Shown one piece after another: positions 43,801-51,557 of a DNA stretch of 64,000 nucleotides. Every line of letters begins with the position of its first letter. The first letter of the stretch is position 1. Both the position numbers and the translations under genes were made by a program. The notes beneath the pieces were generated by a model that had not been told where the DNA came from, did no database searches, and saw only the letters and a list, made by a program, of their open reading frames with translations. The stretch comes from Gemmatimonadota bacterium (GTDB lineage Bacteria > Gemmatimonadota > Gemmatimonadetes > Gemmatimonadales > GWC2-71-9): positions 16,443-80,442 of the forward strand of contig QHTZ01000071.1 in NCBI GenBank assembly GCA_003221005.1, given 5' to 3'.

Positions 43801-44072
43801 GTGGGCTGGTCCTTGAAGACCGCCTCCCAGGAGTCGCCGCCGTCCACGGACTTGAATACGCCACCGGCGGCCGCGCCGACGTAGTACACGCCGGGTTGAC
43901 CGGGGACGCCGACCGCGGCGGTCACGCGACCGCCCGCGACTGAGGGGCCGATGTTTCGGAACGTGAGATTGGTGAGAGAATCGATGCCAGCGGCCGCCGG
44001 AGCGGCGGGCTGCTGCGCAGCAACGCAGGGGACGACCGCGGCGAGGCCGAGCGCTAGGGACAGGATACGCAT
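40857..44072 (-). CDS. Secreted sortilin/VPS10-like BNR (Asp-box) repeat beta-propeller protein (about 1070 aa)
   Basis: Has the signal peptide MRILSLALGLAAVVPCVAAQQ and many Asp-box-like S/T-x-D-x-G-x-T/S-W repeats (SVDGGDSWEAV, SPDAGKSWKF, TGDGGKTWQKV, STDGGMTWTKL, TTDGGQHWAPI, TRDGGKTWTNV and others). ATG 44072 follows GAGGAG. Confidence 0.8.
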   Translation of the reverse strand: MRILSLALGLAAVVPCVAAQQPAAPAAAGIDSLTNLTFRNIGPSVAGGRVTAAVGVPGQPGVYYVGAAAGGVFKSVDGGDSWEAVFKDQPTASIGAVALASSNPNVVWVGTGEGNIRNDIINGHGVYYSPDAGKSWKFAGLADVGQISRIVIDPANPDVVFVAAVGHAWTPGPDRGVYRTGDGGKTWQKVLFVNDTTGCADLVMQPGNPEVLFAAMWQVQRHPWQLVSGGPGSGIYRSTDGGMTWTKLKEGLPDGPYGRIALGIGASNPTHVYALVEAKQGMLWDSRDMGDHWTKVSDYHGLNIRPFYFSLITVSPVDDRKVFFSSYELRQSDDGGKTSRYIDRGVHVDHHALWIDPQNPDRMIQGNDGGAYVTTTGGKTWRFLNNLPIGQFYMVAADANDPYKLCGGLQDNNAWCGPSSNIGPGGQSGAEWFTVTGGDGEYAVPAPSDSTIIYVDSQNGFVSRLDLRTGVTRFIRPYLGTVDDAKPADLQYRFNWTSPIAVSATNADEVFLGANVVFKTTDGGQHWAPISPDLTKNDKTKQVTSGGPIEYDISGAETYNTILTINVAPTDTNVLWVGTDDGNVQVTRDGGKTWTNVGARIPGLPRGEGGRINQIGVSPFDAGTAYLAVDYHEFDDNRPYVFRTTNYGQTWVDLSRGLPTSDPARVIREDPNQRGFLVLGTDAGLFYSRDDGATWKQIRGSFPTAPVWDVQFVARKHDLVIATHGRGLFVLDNITPLEEFTPQVAAGDLHLFGTLPARIRVRPRREGAAASRFTVPNAPQGAMIDYYLRSELKPSEEQKKQRQTPVKISVTDSHGDTVTTAYGPSKQGFNRHVWNLRYEAPERLTFEKLQEEEEENPFRTMVGPRVVPGTYTVAVTVAGKTETRAVTVEPDPRIPAAAAAFVAQTRAGLELRNAVSALHVALNRMSGLQDQLQHLRQTLRGSGVGAADSVEYRPVLQQADALGRKLKELKDSLYNSDVQRDAPEDDIHYLTRFGERLERMSFGLSQAYAQPPSEVVAAELQRLKGELDGHLAKFNALLRTDVVAFNRIAVEHHAPTLVGGDPVQMRAVAVD

Positions 44073-44133
44073 GCTGGTTTCTCCTCTTCGCATATCGCAC
44101 ACTCGATACAGCGGACGAGCGCCGGCGCTGCGA

Positions 44134-45552
44134 TCAAAGCAGCATGCCGGCGATCGTCGCGGACAGAAAATTGGCGAGGGTGCCCGCGATCATCGCGCGG
44201 AACCCCAGCCGGGCGAGGTCGTGCTTGCGGTCGGGGGCGAGCGCCCCAATCCCGCCGATCTGGATCCCCACCGAGCTCACGTTCGCGAACCCACAGAGGG
44301 CGAACGTGGCGATCGTGAACGACACGGGGTCGAGCGAAGGCTTGAGCGGCCCGAGCTGCGCGTAGGCGATGAACTCGTTCAGCACCATACGCGTGCCGAG
44401 CAGGCCCCCGATCGTGCCGCTGTCGTGCCAGGGCACCCCCATCACGAGCGCGACGGGCCGGAACACCCAGCCGAGCACGGTCTGGAGGTCCGCCGGGAAC
44501 CAGGCGACGTGGCCGTGGATCCAGCCGAAGCCGCCGTTCGCGAGCGCGATCAGCGCGATGAACGAAATGAGCATCGCGATGACGTTGAGCATCAGGTGCA
44601 ACCCCTCGGTGGTGCCGCGGGCAGCCGCGTCCACGACGTTCACATCGGTGCGCGGAATCTCGATCCGCACTCCGCCCAGGGTCTGGGGCTGCTCCGTCTC
44701 CGGCTCGAGCAGCTTCGCCATCATGATCGTGCCCGGCGCCGTCATGATCACCGCCGTGAGCAGGTGCCGCGCCTCGATGCCGAACGCGATGTACGCCGCC
44801 ATGATCGAGCCCGACACGTGGGCCATGCCGGCGGTCATCACGGTCATGAGCTCCGAGCGCGTCATGGACGGGAGGAAGGGGCGGATCGTGAGGGGCGCCT
44901 CGGTCTGGCCCATGAAGATCGAGGCCGCGACGTTCAAGCTCTCCGCGCCGCTCGCGCGCATCAGCTTGTTCATCGCGACGGCGAAGGCGCGCACCACGAG
45001 CGGCATGATGCCGACGTAATACATGATCGCGAACAGCGCCGACACGAAGATGATGGCCGGCAGGACCTGGAACGCGAACACCACACCTAGGCTCGAGTGC
45101 TGCTTGCCGATCTCCCCGAATACGAACGCCGATCCTGCGTAGGAAAAACTCAGGATCCGCGTGACCACGTCTCCCAACGCGCGGAACAGGCGCTGGCCCA
45201 GGGGAACGCGCAGCACGAAAATCGCGAACGCCACTTGCAGCCCGAGACCCCAGGCGACGACGCGCCAGCTAATCGCCCGGCGGTTGCGCGACAGGCCGAC
45301 CCCGATCGCAAGGATCGCGGCGAGACCGAATACCCCCATGAGCCGAGCGCCGACGGAGCGGGCGGCGACGGGGGGAACCGCAGCCTGGGTATCGGGGGCG
45401 GGGGCGGACACCGCGGCGGCACCCGGGGCGGCCGCCTGTTGGGGATAGATCGCCGCTTGCACCGAGTTCCAGGTGAACCGGGGCAGCGTGAACACCAGCA
45501 GCGCGCACACGAAGGTGACGGCGAACGCAAGGATCGTGCGGCGCAGCGGCAT
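44134..45552 (-). CDS. NupC/CNT-family concentrative nucleoside transporter
   Basis: Multi-TM protein with CNT N-terminal, central (GMAHVSGSIMAAY) and C-terminal (GFANVSSVGIQIGG) regions. I prefer ATG 45552 (MPLRRTIL). Confidence 0.8.
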   Translation of the reverse strand: MPLRRTILAFAVTFVCALLVFTLPRFTWNSVQAAIYPQQAAAPGAAAVSAPAPDTQAAVPPVAARSVGARLMGVFGLAAILAIGVGLSRNRRAISWRVVAWGLGLQVAFAIFVLRVPLGQRLFRALGDVVTRILSFSYAGSAFVFGEIGKQHSSLGVVFAFQVLPAIIFVSALFAIMYYVGIMPLVVRAFAVAMNKLMRASGAESLNVAASIFMGQTEAPLTIRPFLPSMTRSELMTVMTAGMAHVSGSIMAAYIAFGIEARHLLTAVIMTAPGTIMMAKLLEPETEQPQTLGGVRIEIPRTDVNVVDAAARGTTEGLHLMLNVIAMLISFIALIALANGGFGWIHGHVAWFPADLQTVLGWVFRPVALVMGVPWHDSGTIGGLLGTRMVLNEFIAYAQLGPLKPSLDPVSFTIATFALCGFANVSSVGIQIGGIGALAPDRKHDLARLGFRAMIAGTLANFLSATIAGMLL

Positions 45553-45708
45553 CACGGGATGGTCTCCTGGACGAGGCAGCAAACGTGACGCGCACGAAGC
45601 AAAAACGCAAAACGGCGCGGCTTGCGCACGGGGCGGGCAACCCCTATGGATGTTGCGGCGCTGCCACGGTCCGCGGCGCAAGCAGGCAACCTCAGCTCAG
45701 GAGCCCCT

Positions 45709-45993
45709 ATGCGCACCACGCTGACGACCCGCCTCGCCACCGCCGCCCTGGTCGGGCTCGCGGGGTTCTCCCTACCAGCCGCGGCCCGTGCCGGGAGGCC
45801 TCCTGACCCCACCGTCGTGCTGCCGGCGGAGCCGCACCCTGAGATCAACAGCGCGATCGTGGCGCTCGAGCGGGCCAAGTTCCACCTGATGCACGCGGCG
45901 CACGACTTCGGCGGACACCGGGTCGCTGCGATTGCGGCGATCGACCGGGCATTGCGGCAGCTGCGCCTGGCGCTGCAGTTCGACAGGGATTAA
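45709..45993 (+). CDS. Small secreted hypothetical protein (94 aa)
   Basis: ATG follows AGGAG. The signal peptide is MRTTLTTRLATAALVGLAGFSLPAAARA. The helical C-terminus has a His-rich segment HLMHAAHDFGGH. Confidence 0.5.
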   Translation: MRTTLTTRLATAALVGLAGFSLPAAARAGRPPDPTVVLPAEPHPEINSAIVALERAKFHLMHAAHDFGGHRVAAIAAIDRALRQLRLALQFDRD

Positions 45994-46034
45994 ACCAGCA
46001 GCTAGTATCTCCCGGCCCCAAGAGGGAGGGAACG

Positions 46035-46448
46035 ATGGCGGAGATGATCCGGAAGGTGGAGTACTACTACACCACCGCGGCGAACAAGCCGGGCGAGGGC
46101 ACCCGACTGCTCGACGCCCTGCGGATGGCCGGCGTCAACTTGCGCGCGGTGCACGGATTTCCCAGCGCGCGCAAGGCTCAGATCGATTTCGTCCCGGCGG
46201 ACACCGCGGCGTTCCTCGCGGCCGCGAAGAATGCCAAGATCAAGTTGAGCAAGCCCAAGACGGTGTTCCTGATCGAGGGCGACGATCGCATGGGCGCGGT
46301 CGGCGGCGTGATGGCGCGGCTCGCTGCCGCGAAGATCAACGTCACAGCGGTCACCGGCATATCCGCGGGGATGGGGCGCTGGGGCGGGATCCTGTGGGTC
46401 AAGCCGGGCGATGTGAACAAGGCGGCCGCCGCGCTCGGGGCGATGTAG
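46035..46448 (+). CDS. Hypothetical protein, possibly tandem ACT-like domains
   Basis: GAGGGAGGG lies upstream. There are two similar halves (TRLLDALRMAGVNLRAV and GGVMARLAAAKINVTAV). The family assignment is tentative. Confidence 0.45.
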   Translation: MAEMIRKVEYYYTTAANKPGEGTRLLDALRMAGVNLRAVHGFPSARKAQIDFVPADTAAFLAAAKNAKIKLSKPKTVFLIEGDDRMGAVGGVMARLAAAKINVTAVTGISAGMGRWGGILWVKPGDVNKAAAALGAM

Positions 46449-46449
46449 G

Positions 46450-47814
46450 CTACGTCATCCACACGCTCTTGACGTTCACGACCTCCCGGAGACCGTACTC
46501 CGAGAGCTCCCGGCCGTAGCCCGACCGCTTGACGCCGCCGAACGGCAGCCGCGGATCGGACTTCACGAGACCGTTGACGACCACACTGCCCACCTCGAGC
46601 GCGCCGGCGAGCCGCTCAGCGCGGGCGACGTCCCGGGTCCACACCGCCGCGCCGAGCCCGTAGGTGGAGGCGTTGGCGAGACGGAGCGCGTCGCTCTCGT
46701 CGCGGGCGCGGATCACCGCCGCCACCGGCCCGAACGTCTCCTCGTCGAACGCCGGCATGCCCTCGCGCACCGCGGTGAGGATCGTGGGCGGGTAGAAGGC
46801 GCCCGGACCCTCGGGTACCCGGCCCCCGAGGACCAGCTGGGCGCCGCGCCGCAGCGACTCCTCCACCTGACGGTGCAGCGTACTCCGCAAATCGGACCGC
46901 GCCTGGGGGCCGATCTCCGTCTCGGGCGCCAGCGGGTCGCCAACCCGGCGTTTCTGTAGCTCCGCCGCGAAGCGCTCCAGAAACCTATCCGCCACGCGAT
47001 CGACGACAATGAAGCGCTTCGCGGCGATGCAGCTCTGGCCGCTGTTCAGGAGTCGGGCCTCGGCGGCGGTGCGCGCGGCTGCGTCGAGATCCGCGTCGGC
47101 CAGCACGATGAAGGGGTCGCTGCCGCCGAGCTCCAGCACGGTTTTCTTGAGGTGCCGCCCGGCCTCCTCTCCCACACTCGACCCCGCGCGCGGGCTGCCC
47201 GTGAGAGTGACGCCGCGGACGCGCGCATCCGCGATCACGCCGGCGACCGCATCGGGCTCCACCAGGATCGACTGGAACACGCCCTCGGGGAACCCCGCGT
47301 CCCGGAACAGCGCCGCGAGGTCGAGCGCGCAACGCGGGACATTGGGGGCGTGCTTCAGGATGGCGACATTGCCGGCCACGAGCGCGGGCGCCGCGAACCG
47401 GAAAACCTGCCAGAAGGGGAAATTCCACGGCATGATCGCGAGCACCGGCCCGAGGGGATCGAAGCGTACGTAGCTCCGCGCCGCTTCGGTCCGCCGTGGT
47501 TCGGGAGCGAGAAACGTAGGGCCATGCTCCGCGTAGTAGTCGCACGCCCAGGCGCATTTCTCCGCCTCCGCCTCGCCTTGCCGCAACGGCTTCCCCATTT
47601 CCAGCGCCATGGTGCGGGCGTACCTGGTCTTGCGCTCACGCAGCAGGCCCGCGACGGCGGACAGCAGCTTCGCGCGCTCGCCGGACGCTCTGTCCCCCCA
47701 TTCCCGCCACCCCGCATCCGCGCGCGCGAGCACCTGCTCGAGCTCCGGCGGCGCCGTCGCCGCGAAGGTCTCGAGCACTTCACCCGTGGCCGGGTTGATC
47801 GACTGGAAGGTCAT
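46450..47814 (-). CDS. gabD: NAD(P)-dependent succinate-semialdehyde dehydrogenase-like aldehyde dehydrogenase
   Basis: ALDH motifs are present (WNFPFWQV, LKHAPN, LTGSPRAG, LELGGSDP, catalytic Cys GQSCIAAKR). At 454 aa it resembles the short SSADH type. Confidence 0.75.
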   Translation of the reverse strand: MTFQSINPATGEVLETFAATAPPELEQVLARADAGWREWGDRASGERAKLLSAVAGLLRERKTRYARTMALEMGKPLRQGEAEAEKCAWACDYYAEHGPTFLAPEPRRTEAARSYVRFDPLGPVLAIMPWNFPFWQVFRFAAPALVAGNVAILKHAPNVPRCALDLAALFRDAGFPEGVFQSILVEPDAVAGVIADARVRGVTLTGSPRAGSSVGEEAGRHLKKTVLELGGSDPFIVLADADLDAAARTAAEARLLNSGQSCIAAKRFIVVDRVADRFLERFAAELQKRRVGDPLAPETEIGPQARSDLRSTLHRQVEESLRRGAQLVLGGRVPEGPGAFYPPTILTAVREGMPAFDEETFGPVAAVIRARDESDALRLANASTYGLGAAVWTRDVARAERLAGALEVGSVVVNGLVKSDPRLPFGGVKRSGYGRELSEYGLREVVNVKSVWMT

Positions 47815-49064
47815 TCCGCGAGGCTCCGACCCCGCTGCAGCGCGTCCGGACCGAACCGCTCGCGCAGCTGGTCCATCACCCGCGCGATCACGCGATCGCG
47901 CTCGGTCTCGGGCCCCAGGTCTTCTGCCAGCTCGAACAGCGACAGCTGCGTCTTCGCGTCCTCCGGGAGGAGCTGCGACAGCGACACGCCGAGCAGGCGC
48001 GCCGGAACGCGACGCGCGGCGCGGAGCTTCTGCAGCAGCTCGCGCGCCACCGCGTAGACGACCCGATCCGACCGCACCGGGGCGGAGAGCGTCCGGCTTG
48101 CCTGGCGGGTGGTGAAATCCGAGTCCCGCAGCTTCACCGTGATTCCCCGGGCCACCAGGCCGGCCTCGCGGAGATCGGCGGCGGCCCGGTCCGCGAGCCG
48201 CAGGAGCTCCGCGGCGAGCGCCTCGTCGTCGGTCAGATCGCGCGGAAAGGTCTCGTCCCGGCTGAGCGATTGCGGGATGTCGCGCGACTGGACAGGCGAT
48301 GAGTCAATGCCGCGCACCCGATCGTACAGCCACGCCCCCTCGCGCTCGCCCAGCCGCGCGATCAGGGCGTCGCGCTGATACGCCACGACGTCGAGCACGG
48401 TGCGCAGCCCGAGGCGGGCGAGCCGCTCCTGAAACTTGGGGCCGACGAGCGGCAGATCGCCCAGGGAAAAGCGCCGCAGGAACTCCGCTTCGCCACCCGG
48501 CGCGACCACGTGGACGCCGTCCGCCGTCGTGCCGGGGCGCGGCTTCGCCACGCCTGCGGCAAGCTTCGCCACGACCTTTGACGTGGCGCCCCCGATCGAC
48601 ATCGACAGCGTCGTCTCGTCGAGCACGGCCTGCCGGACGCGGCGCGCGGTGGCTGCAAGCGGCTCCTCCTGGTACAGCCGCTCCGTCCCCGACAGGTCGA
48701 GATAGAACTCGTCGCTCGACGCACGCTCGACCAGCGGTGTGAAACGCAGCAGCACGTCGCGGATCTGCTCGCCCTTCTCCGCACACGCCTCCCAGGGGAC
48801 CGGCACGACCAGCGCGTCCGGGCAGAGGCGGACCGCGCGGGCCATCGGCATCGCGGACTGCACGCCGTAGGCGCGGGCTTCGTATGACGCCGACGTCACC
48901 ACCCCGCGGCGCTCGACGGCTCCGCCCACGATGAGGAGCGGTGCCCGTCCTGCACCGTCCGGATCCACCAGCCGCGCCACGGCCACGTAAAACGCGTCGG
49001 CGTCGGCAAGGAGAATGCGGCGTACGGGCGGACCGGCGGGTGGGCGGTCGGGTGATAGGTTCAT
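47811..49064 (-). CDS. dinB: Y-family DNA polymerase IV
   Basis: ILLADADAFYVAVARL, SYEARAYGV, SDEFYLDL and the little-finger domain are recognisable. It has an ATGA overlap with the downstream gabD-like gene. Confidence 0.9.
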   Translation of the reverse strand: MNLSPDRPPAGPPVRRILLADADAFYVAVARLVDPDGAGRAPLLIVGGAVERRGVVTSASYEARAYGVQSAMPMARAVRLCPDALVVPVPWEACAEKGEQIRDVLLRFTPLVERASSDEFYLDLSGTERLYQEEPLAATARRVRQAVLDETTLSMSIGGATSKVVAKLAAGVAKPRPGTTADGVHVVAPGGEAEFLRRFSLGDLPLVGPKFQERLARLGLRTVLDVVAYQRDALIARLGEREGAWLYDRVRGIDSSPVQSRDIPQSLSRDETFPRDLTDDEALAAELLRLADRAAADLREAGLVARGITVKLRDSDFTTRQASRTLSAPVRSDRVVYAVARELLQKLRAARRVPARLLGVSLSQLLPEDAKTQLSLFELAEDLGPETERDRVIARVMDQLRERFGPDALQRGRSLAE

Positions 49065-49069
49065 GCCTC

Positions 49070-50422
49070 ATGGAAGGTAGCCGAGCGAAGCTGGCGGCGG
49101 GACTCGCGGGCGCGGGCGCCGCCCTCGCGGTCGCGGTCGTGCTGCTGCATTTCCAGGTGAGCCCGGTGGCGACCTGGTTCTACGTCTTCGCGTGGTATCC
49201 CACGCTCGTCATTTTCGATCTGCTGATCATGTGGCACGGCGGCCCCTCGCTGTTCGCCCGGCCGCGCGTACTCCTCCCGATGCTGTGGTGGTCCGCCGTC
49301 ATCTGGTTTCTGTTCGAAGCCATCAACTTCCGGCTCCAGGACTGGTATTACGTGTTCCTGCCCGCGGGCCGCGTCGAGCGGTGGCTCGGGATCACCGTAT
49401 CGCTCGCGACGGTCGTGCCCGCGATCCTGCTCCCCGAGCGGCTGCTCGAGCGCCTCGGCGCGTGGCGGACGCTCTCCGCGCCGCCGCTCGGCGAGCGGCG
49501 CGGCGAGCTGGCCGCCGCCCTCGCGCTGGGAGTGATCACACTCGGCGCCACACTGGCCCTGCCCCGTTATCTCCATCCCCTCACATGGGGCGCGATCTGG
49601 CTGATCGCCGAGCCCCTGCTCTATCGCACCGACCCCGCGCTGTCTCTGTTCGGAGACATGCGGCGCGGCGAGTGGGGGCGCGTCGCGCGACTGCTCGTCG
49701 CGGGACTCGCGGCGGGGGTGTTGTGGGAGGCCTTCAACGCGCACGCGCGCGGAAAGTGGATCTACACGGTGCCGTTCCTGGAGCACCTGAAGGTATTCGA
49801 GATGCCCGTGGTTGGATTTCTCGGCTTTCCGTTCTTCGCGCTCGAAGTGTGGTCGCTATATCACTTGCTGGCCGCCCGCACGCGCTGGGCCCCCGTGCTC
49901 GCGTCGGCGCTGTTGGCGGTACTCGTTCTCGTCGGGATGGACCGCTGGACAGTCAGCTCGACTGTGCCGCGGCTCGCCGATCTACCGCGCGTCAGCGGTC
50001 GCACAGTCGCCCGGCTCGAGGCGGCCGGCTTGGACGACGTGTTTCGGATCGCAGAGAGCGCGCCCGACGAGCTGGTAAACCGGGCCCGGCTCACACCGGA
50101 CGAGGCTCGCGCGGTGCACACGGCGGCTGAGCTCACCACGCTCCGCGGGATCGGCACCCGACACGCGGCAGCGCTGATGCAGGGGGGGGTCACGACGGTG
50201 GCCGCGCTCGCAGCGGCCGCACCGGAGTCGGTCTTCAGCGTCACTCATCGCGGACCGCGGCCCACGCTCCCCGAGGTGAGGATGTGGATCCGCGCAGCGC
50301 GCAATGCCGCTAGCGGCCTCCCAGCTTCAGCAGCCGCTGCCAATGGGCGGCAGTCGCCGGCACCACCGACAACCGGCCCATCCGCACCAGGGCGAGATCC
50401 GCGAACGCCTTCTCGGCCTTGA
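49070..50422 (+). CDS. Polytopic membrane protein with C-terminal helix-hairpin-helix (DUF4332-like) repeats
   Basis: I prefer ATG 49070 (MEGSRAKL), since the upstream 43 codons overlap dinB and are Arg-rich. There are about 8 TM segments, then VSGRTVARLEAAGLDDV and LRGIGTRHAAALMQGGVTTV HhH-like units. A low-complexity tail overlaps the EVE gene. Confidence 0.55.
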   Translation: MEGSRAKLAAGLAGAGAALAVAVVLLHFQVSPVATWFYVFAWYPTLVIFDLLIMWHGGPSLFARPRVLLPMLWWSAVIWFLFEAINFRLQDWYYVFLPAGRVERWLGITVSLATVVPAILLPERLLERLGAWRTLSAPPLGERRGELAAALALGVITLGATLALPRYLHPLTWGAIWLIAEPLLYRTDPALSLFGDMRRGEWGRVARLLVAGLAAGVLWEAFNAHARGKWIYTVPFLEHLKVFEMPVVGFLGFPFFALEVWSLYHLLAARTRWAPVLASALLAVLVLVGMDRWTVSSTVPRLADLPRVSGRTVARLEAAGLDDVFRIAESAPDELVNRARLTPDEARAVHTAAELTTLRGIGTRHAAALMQGGVTTVAALAAAAPESVFSVTHRGPRPTLPEVRMWIRAARNAASGLPASAAAANGRQSPAPPTTGPSAPGRDPRTPSRP

Positions 50423-50720
50423 TGGCCGCGAGTGGTACGGGCTTGGGCAACCGCCCAGCGGCGCGGAGGTCGATCACGAACAGCTTTGGATCCTTTTGCT
50501 TGGGGTCGGGATACGGCACGGACGTGATCTCGGCCATCCCAACGACGGCTTTCTCGTCGCCGGTGTGGTAGATGAGGACCCGATCGCCCGGGGTCATCTC
50601 ACGGATGTGCTTGAGAGCGAGGTTGTTCTTCACGCCATCCCACACGGCGGTCTTGTCGCGCTCGAGCTGGTCGTAGCTGTATGCAGACGGCTCGGTCTTG
50701 AGAATCCAATAGTTCGGCAT
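50310..50720 (-). CDS. EVE (PUA-like, DUF55) domain protein
   Basis: MPNYWILKTEPSAYSYDQL....WDGV.N..A...IR.M..GD....YH, 136 aa, typical of EVE/thymocyte-nuclear-protein-1-like proteins. GGAGGG lies upstream. Confidence 0.85.
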   Translation of the reverse strand: MPNYWILKTEPSAYSYDQLERDKTAVWDGVKNNLALKHIREMTPGDRVLIYHTGDEKAVVGMAEITSVPYPDPKQKDPKLFVIDLRAAGRLPKPVPLAAIKAEKAFADLALVRMGRLSVVPATAAHWQRLLKLGGR

Positions 50721-50876
50721 CTGCCCTCCGCGGGGGCTCGGGTGCAGACTCGCAAAACTGTCACCTTATCAGCGGGGAGTAAATCCACCGGCTGCTTCGT
50801 GCTTGTGGGAGCTGCGTTCCATCCTGCGCCATGGTGAACAAATAGCAGTCACTGCGCACGCAGCCGTGCTCGCTGA

Positions 50877-51557
50877 TCAGGTCAGGCGGGCCGTCCACTC
50901 GACGATCGCGTCGACCAGCTCGGCCATCACTTCCGTGTCCGTCTTGCCAGCGCGCTTGGGCAGCTTGAACGAGTGATTCCCGTCCCGTACCAGATGCAGC
51001 GTGGCGAGCCCGCCGAGGCGCTGCACGAGCGGTTGGAGGAGTTTCAAGTCCGCGAAATCGTCTCGCGTGCCCTGTAGAAACAACATGGGGATGTGTACCT
51101 GGGAGAGATGCTTCGCCCGCTCGTCTCCAGGCCGGCCGGGCGGGTGCAAGGGGAAGCCGAGGAACACCAGCCCGCGCACCCCGGGGAGCGGCGCGCTCGC
51201 CTGCGCGGACGAGGTCATTCGTCCGCCGAACGACTTCCCACCGGCGATCAGCGGCACGCCGGGCGTGGCGCGCGCCGCCTCCTCCACCGCCGCGCGCACC
51301 GTCGCTTCGGCGACAGCTGGGGGATCGGGACGGCGTGCGCGCCGTTCCATGTAGGGGAACTGATACCGCAGCGTGGCGATTCCTCGCTCCGCGAGGCGAC
51401 CCGCCATGGATTCCAGGAACGGATGGCGCATCCCCGCCCCGGCGCCGTGCGCGAGGACGTAGAGCAGCCGCGCGCCCTCCGGCTTCAGTAGCAGCGCCGA
51501 CACCTCACCTACCCGCTCGCCGACGGTGACGCGGCGCTCTTCAGCCGAGTCGCGCAT
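50877..51557 (-). CDS. Alpha/beta hydrolase (KANL3/Tex30-like, dienelactone-hydrolase-like)
   Basis: [16 protein letters not shown], nucleophile-elbow-like [17 protein letters not shown] and FLQGTRDDF are present. Its start lies 17 nt inside the ligD 3' end. Confidence 0.8.
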   Translation of the reverse strand: MRDSAEERRVTVGERVGEVSALLLKPEGARLLYVLAHGAGAGMRHPFLESMAGRLAERGIATLRYQFPYMERRARRPDPPAVAEATVRAAVEEAARATPGVPLIAGGKSFGGRMTSSAQASAPLPGVRGLVFLGFPLHPPGRPGDERAKHLSQVHIPMLFLQGTRDDFADLKLLQPLVQRLGGLATLHLVRDGNHSFKLPKRAGKTDTEVMAELVDAIVEWTARLT

